A stretch of 64,000 nt of DNA from Bacteroidota bacterium (GTDB lineage: Bacteria; Bacteroidota; Bacteroidia; Chitinophagales; Chitinophagaceae): the NCBI GenBank assembly GCA_023418315.1, contig JAEZZY010000019.1:11574-75573 (forward strand), read 5' to 3'. A program made the position numbers and the translations under genes. The notes under the pieces were generated by a model. The model worked only from the letters and a program-made list of their open reading frames with translations, did no database searches and was not told where the DNA came from. Positions 62,239-64,000 of this stretch are shown here, in pieces. The number at the start of each line of letters is the position of its first letter. The stretch's first letter is position 1.

Positions 62239-64000
62239 ATGCGCTCATTTCACCGGATCGTACATCTTCTCGGTTTTCTTTTTTTGATGCCTTTTTCGGT
62301 GAAGGCTTCACATTTGTTTGGCGCTGATTTTTATTACCAGCACGTAAGCGGCAATACCTATAATCTGATATTGGATGTGTATGGCGATTGCTCGGGCTCT
62401 GCATTTCCCAGCCTGTCTTCCTCTATACCTATGATAGAGGTGTATAACAACAATGTTTTTTATCAACGACTCAATCTTTCTGTTACCGGCCCCGGTGTGG
62501 AGGTAACGCCTGTGTGCCCTGCCGAAGTAAACAATACCACATGTAAGGGAGGAACGATACCCGGCGTGATGAAATTTACCTATTCTGCGCAAGTGATACT
62601 TAGCGGGCCTTCTGCCAACTGGCTGTTTCGTTTTACCGGAGATTTAGGGAATAATACGCTTTCCGGAAGGAGCAATAGTATGACAAACATAGTAGTGCCC
62701 GGCACAGGAAGCATCATGATTCTGGAAGCTACGCTGAACAATACAGCCGCTTCCAATTCTTCCGTCAATTACACCACTATCCCCACGCCGTTTTTTTGCA
62801 TCAATATCCCTACACAATACAACCCCGGCGCAGTAGATCCTAATAATGACAACATTACCGTCAATCTCGTTTCCGGACTAGAACCCAACAGCACTGTTAC
62901 GTATATTAATCCCTATACCGCCACGCAGCCTTTAGCGGTAGCAACCGGCAGTTTTTCTTTTAGTAATACTACAGGACAGCTGGGCTTCACGCCCAATCTG
63001 GTACAGAAAAGCCTCGTAGTCTATCGGGTGGAAGAATACCGGAATAATGTGCTGGTAGGAACCAGTATGCGGGAAATGACCTTTGTGGTATTAAATAATT
63101 GTAACAATAATGCACCGGTACCGGGTATTATTTCCAACCTGGTGAATGCTACCCAGACAGGACCTACCACTGTGCAAGTTTGCGACGGTACCAACGGAAA
63201 TGTGAGTTTCAGTATTACCGGCAGCGATGCGGATGGCGATAATGTTTTTATGAGTTATGCAGGATTGCCTGCCGGAGCGAACGGGACGGTAGCCGCGAAC
63301 GGATCGCTCAATCCTCAATTCTCTTTTACCTGGAATGTAACCGGACTGCCGCAAGGAAATTATACTTTTTACCTCACCTTAAAAGATAACGGCTGCCCTC
63401 TTGCCAGTACACAAACCTATGCTTACACCATCTCCATTGTGCCATTCAACGATATATTGAATACAGGAGCTTTGCAGGGTTGTATAGGGCAAAATAATGG
63501 TATAATATGGGTGCATCCGCAAGGTACGAACACATTTAGCTACACCTGGCGTGATGCTACAGGGCAGGTAATACAGCAAAGCAATACCGACCCTAATGGC
63601 GATACGGTACAAAATTTAGGACCGGGTACCTACACGGTGTATATGATCAATCAGTTTGGATGCGATACTACTTTGAGCATTACCGTTCCTTCCGCCAGCT
63701 ATGCAGTTAATTTTCAAACTCCAAATGGAATTTGCCTCAATACACCTTCTGTTTTTCAGAATACCTCTTCCAACAACTTCAGCACCTGGGCATGGGATTT
63801 CGGAGATGGAAATAGCTCTTCCCTTACCAGCCCCTCGCATACCTATACGCAGCAAGGTCCGCATACCGTAAAGCTGGTGGGCTACACGGCAAACGGTTGT
63901 GCAGACAGCATCAGCAAACAAATCGTTGTAGAAGAAGTGGTGGTGGGGATACAGATAGCAGATGATACCATTTGCGAGGGTACTGAAACGCTTATGACTG
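62239..64000 (+). CDS. Large secreted adhesin-like protein (CHU/gliding-motility-associated family N-terminus, Ig-like and PKD repeats); 3' end lies outside the window
   Basis: Absent from the ORF track (open at the window edge). My translation gives MRSFHRIVHLLGFLFLMPFSVKASHLFGADFYYQHVSGNTYNLILDVYGDCSG. A PKD signature WAWDFGDGNSSSLTSPSHTYTQQGPHTVKL follows. All listed minus-strand ORFs in 62213..63921 are shadows of it. Confidence 0.75.
   Translation, partial: MRSFHRIVHLLGFLFLMPFSVKASHLFGADFYYQHVSGNTYNLILDVYGDCSGSAFPSLSSSIPMIEVYNNNVFYQRLNLSVTGPGVEVTPVCPAEVNNTTCKGGTIPGVMKFTYSAQVILSGPSANWLFRFTGDLGNNTLSGRSNSMTNIVVPGTGSIMILEATLNNTAASNSSVNYTTIPTPFFCINIPTQYNPGAVDPNNDNITVNLVSGLEPNSTVTYINPYTATQPLAVATGSFSFSNTTGQLGFTPNLVQKSLVVYRVEEYRNNVLVGTSMREMTFVVLNNCNNNAPVPGIISNLVNATQTGPTTVQVCDGTNGNVSFSITGSDADGDNVFMSYAGLPAGANGTVAANGSLNPQFSFTWNVTGLPQGNYTFYLTLKDNGCPLASTQTYAYTISIVPFNDILNTGALQGCIGQNNGIIWVHPQGTNTFSYTWRDATGQVIQQSNTDPNGDTVQNLGPGTYTVYMINQFGCDTTLSITVPSASYAVNFQTPNGICLNTPSVFQNTSSNNFSTWAWDFGDGNSSSLTSPSHTYTQQGPHTVKLVGYTANGCADSISKQIVVEEVVVGIQIADDTICEGTETLMT

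Noticed and set aside
62213-63921. Minus-strand ORFs (62213..62404, 62308..62592, 63091..63354, 63379..63612, 63616..63921)
   Set aside because: They are shadows of the long + strand adhesin frame, which carries a PKD signature and a signal peptide.
1-64000. tRNA, rRNA, CRISPR arrays, integrases, restriction-modification or other named defence systems
   Set aside because: I inspected every intergenic region longer than about 80 bp. I saw no tRNA T-arm/acceptor signatures, no repeat-spacer arrays and no recombinase, RT or nuclease-ATPase defence gene sets. The only mobile-element trace is the transposase relic at about 16.5 kb.

Overview
This 64-kb window is from a Bacteroidota chromosome, probably a Chitinophagia- or Sphingobacteriia-like organism. 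The evidence for that placement is T9SS type-A C-terminal sorting domains, gldE, a CHU-type gliding adhesin, recurrent TAnnTTTG -7 promoter boxes, and the folP / DUF1599 / BT_3928-family synteny. Coding density is high and most genes are housekeeping: murA, pnp, rpsO, pheT, dnaB, folP, mutY, ssb, gldE, ychF, gmhA/gmhB, a transketolase N-terminal half, a PGM/PMM-family mutase, and several peptidases and redox proteins. I found no rRNA, tRNA, CRISPR array, intact transposase or recognisable defence system. Two genes open at the window edges are missing from the ORF track: an M2 peptidase at 1..1306 (-) and a large adhesin at 62239..64000 (+). Two AT-rich patches stand out from the roughly 45-48% GC background. 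(1) At 47.6-53.9 kb, between an orphan moxR and a CBS-type PLP enzyme, lies a minus-strand block encoding a SAM methyltransferase, a tail-fibre-like secreted protein, a lipoprotein and an 845-aa T9SS cargo. A decayed, mosaic partial copy of the same block follows it. In that copy only the gene junctions are conserved, and the gene bodies are deleted or replaced. (2) At 14.2-16.5 kb, a 2.26-kb cassette (a GT-C-like membrane glycosyltransferase plus a small membrane protein) is bracketed by ~54-bp direct repeats that look like C-terminal remnants of an IS200/RAYT-type transposase gene. Other points worth a second look include a DnaB C-terminal extension that mimics the SSB disordered linker and acidic tip. 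PNPase and a DUF4290 protein carry R/N/G/D low-complexity tails. Two unusually long non-coding gaps occur at 35.4-36.0 kb and 41.4-41.8 kb. All functional calls rest on motif recognition and recalled family knowledge; no database search was possible.
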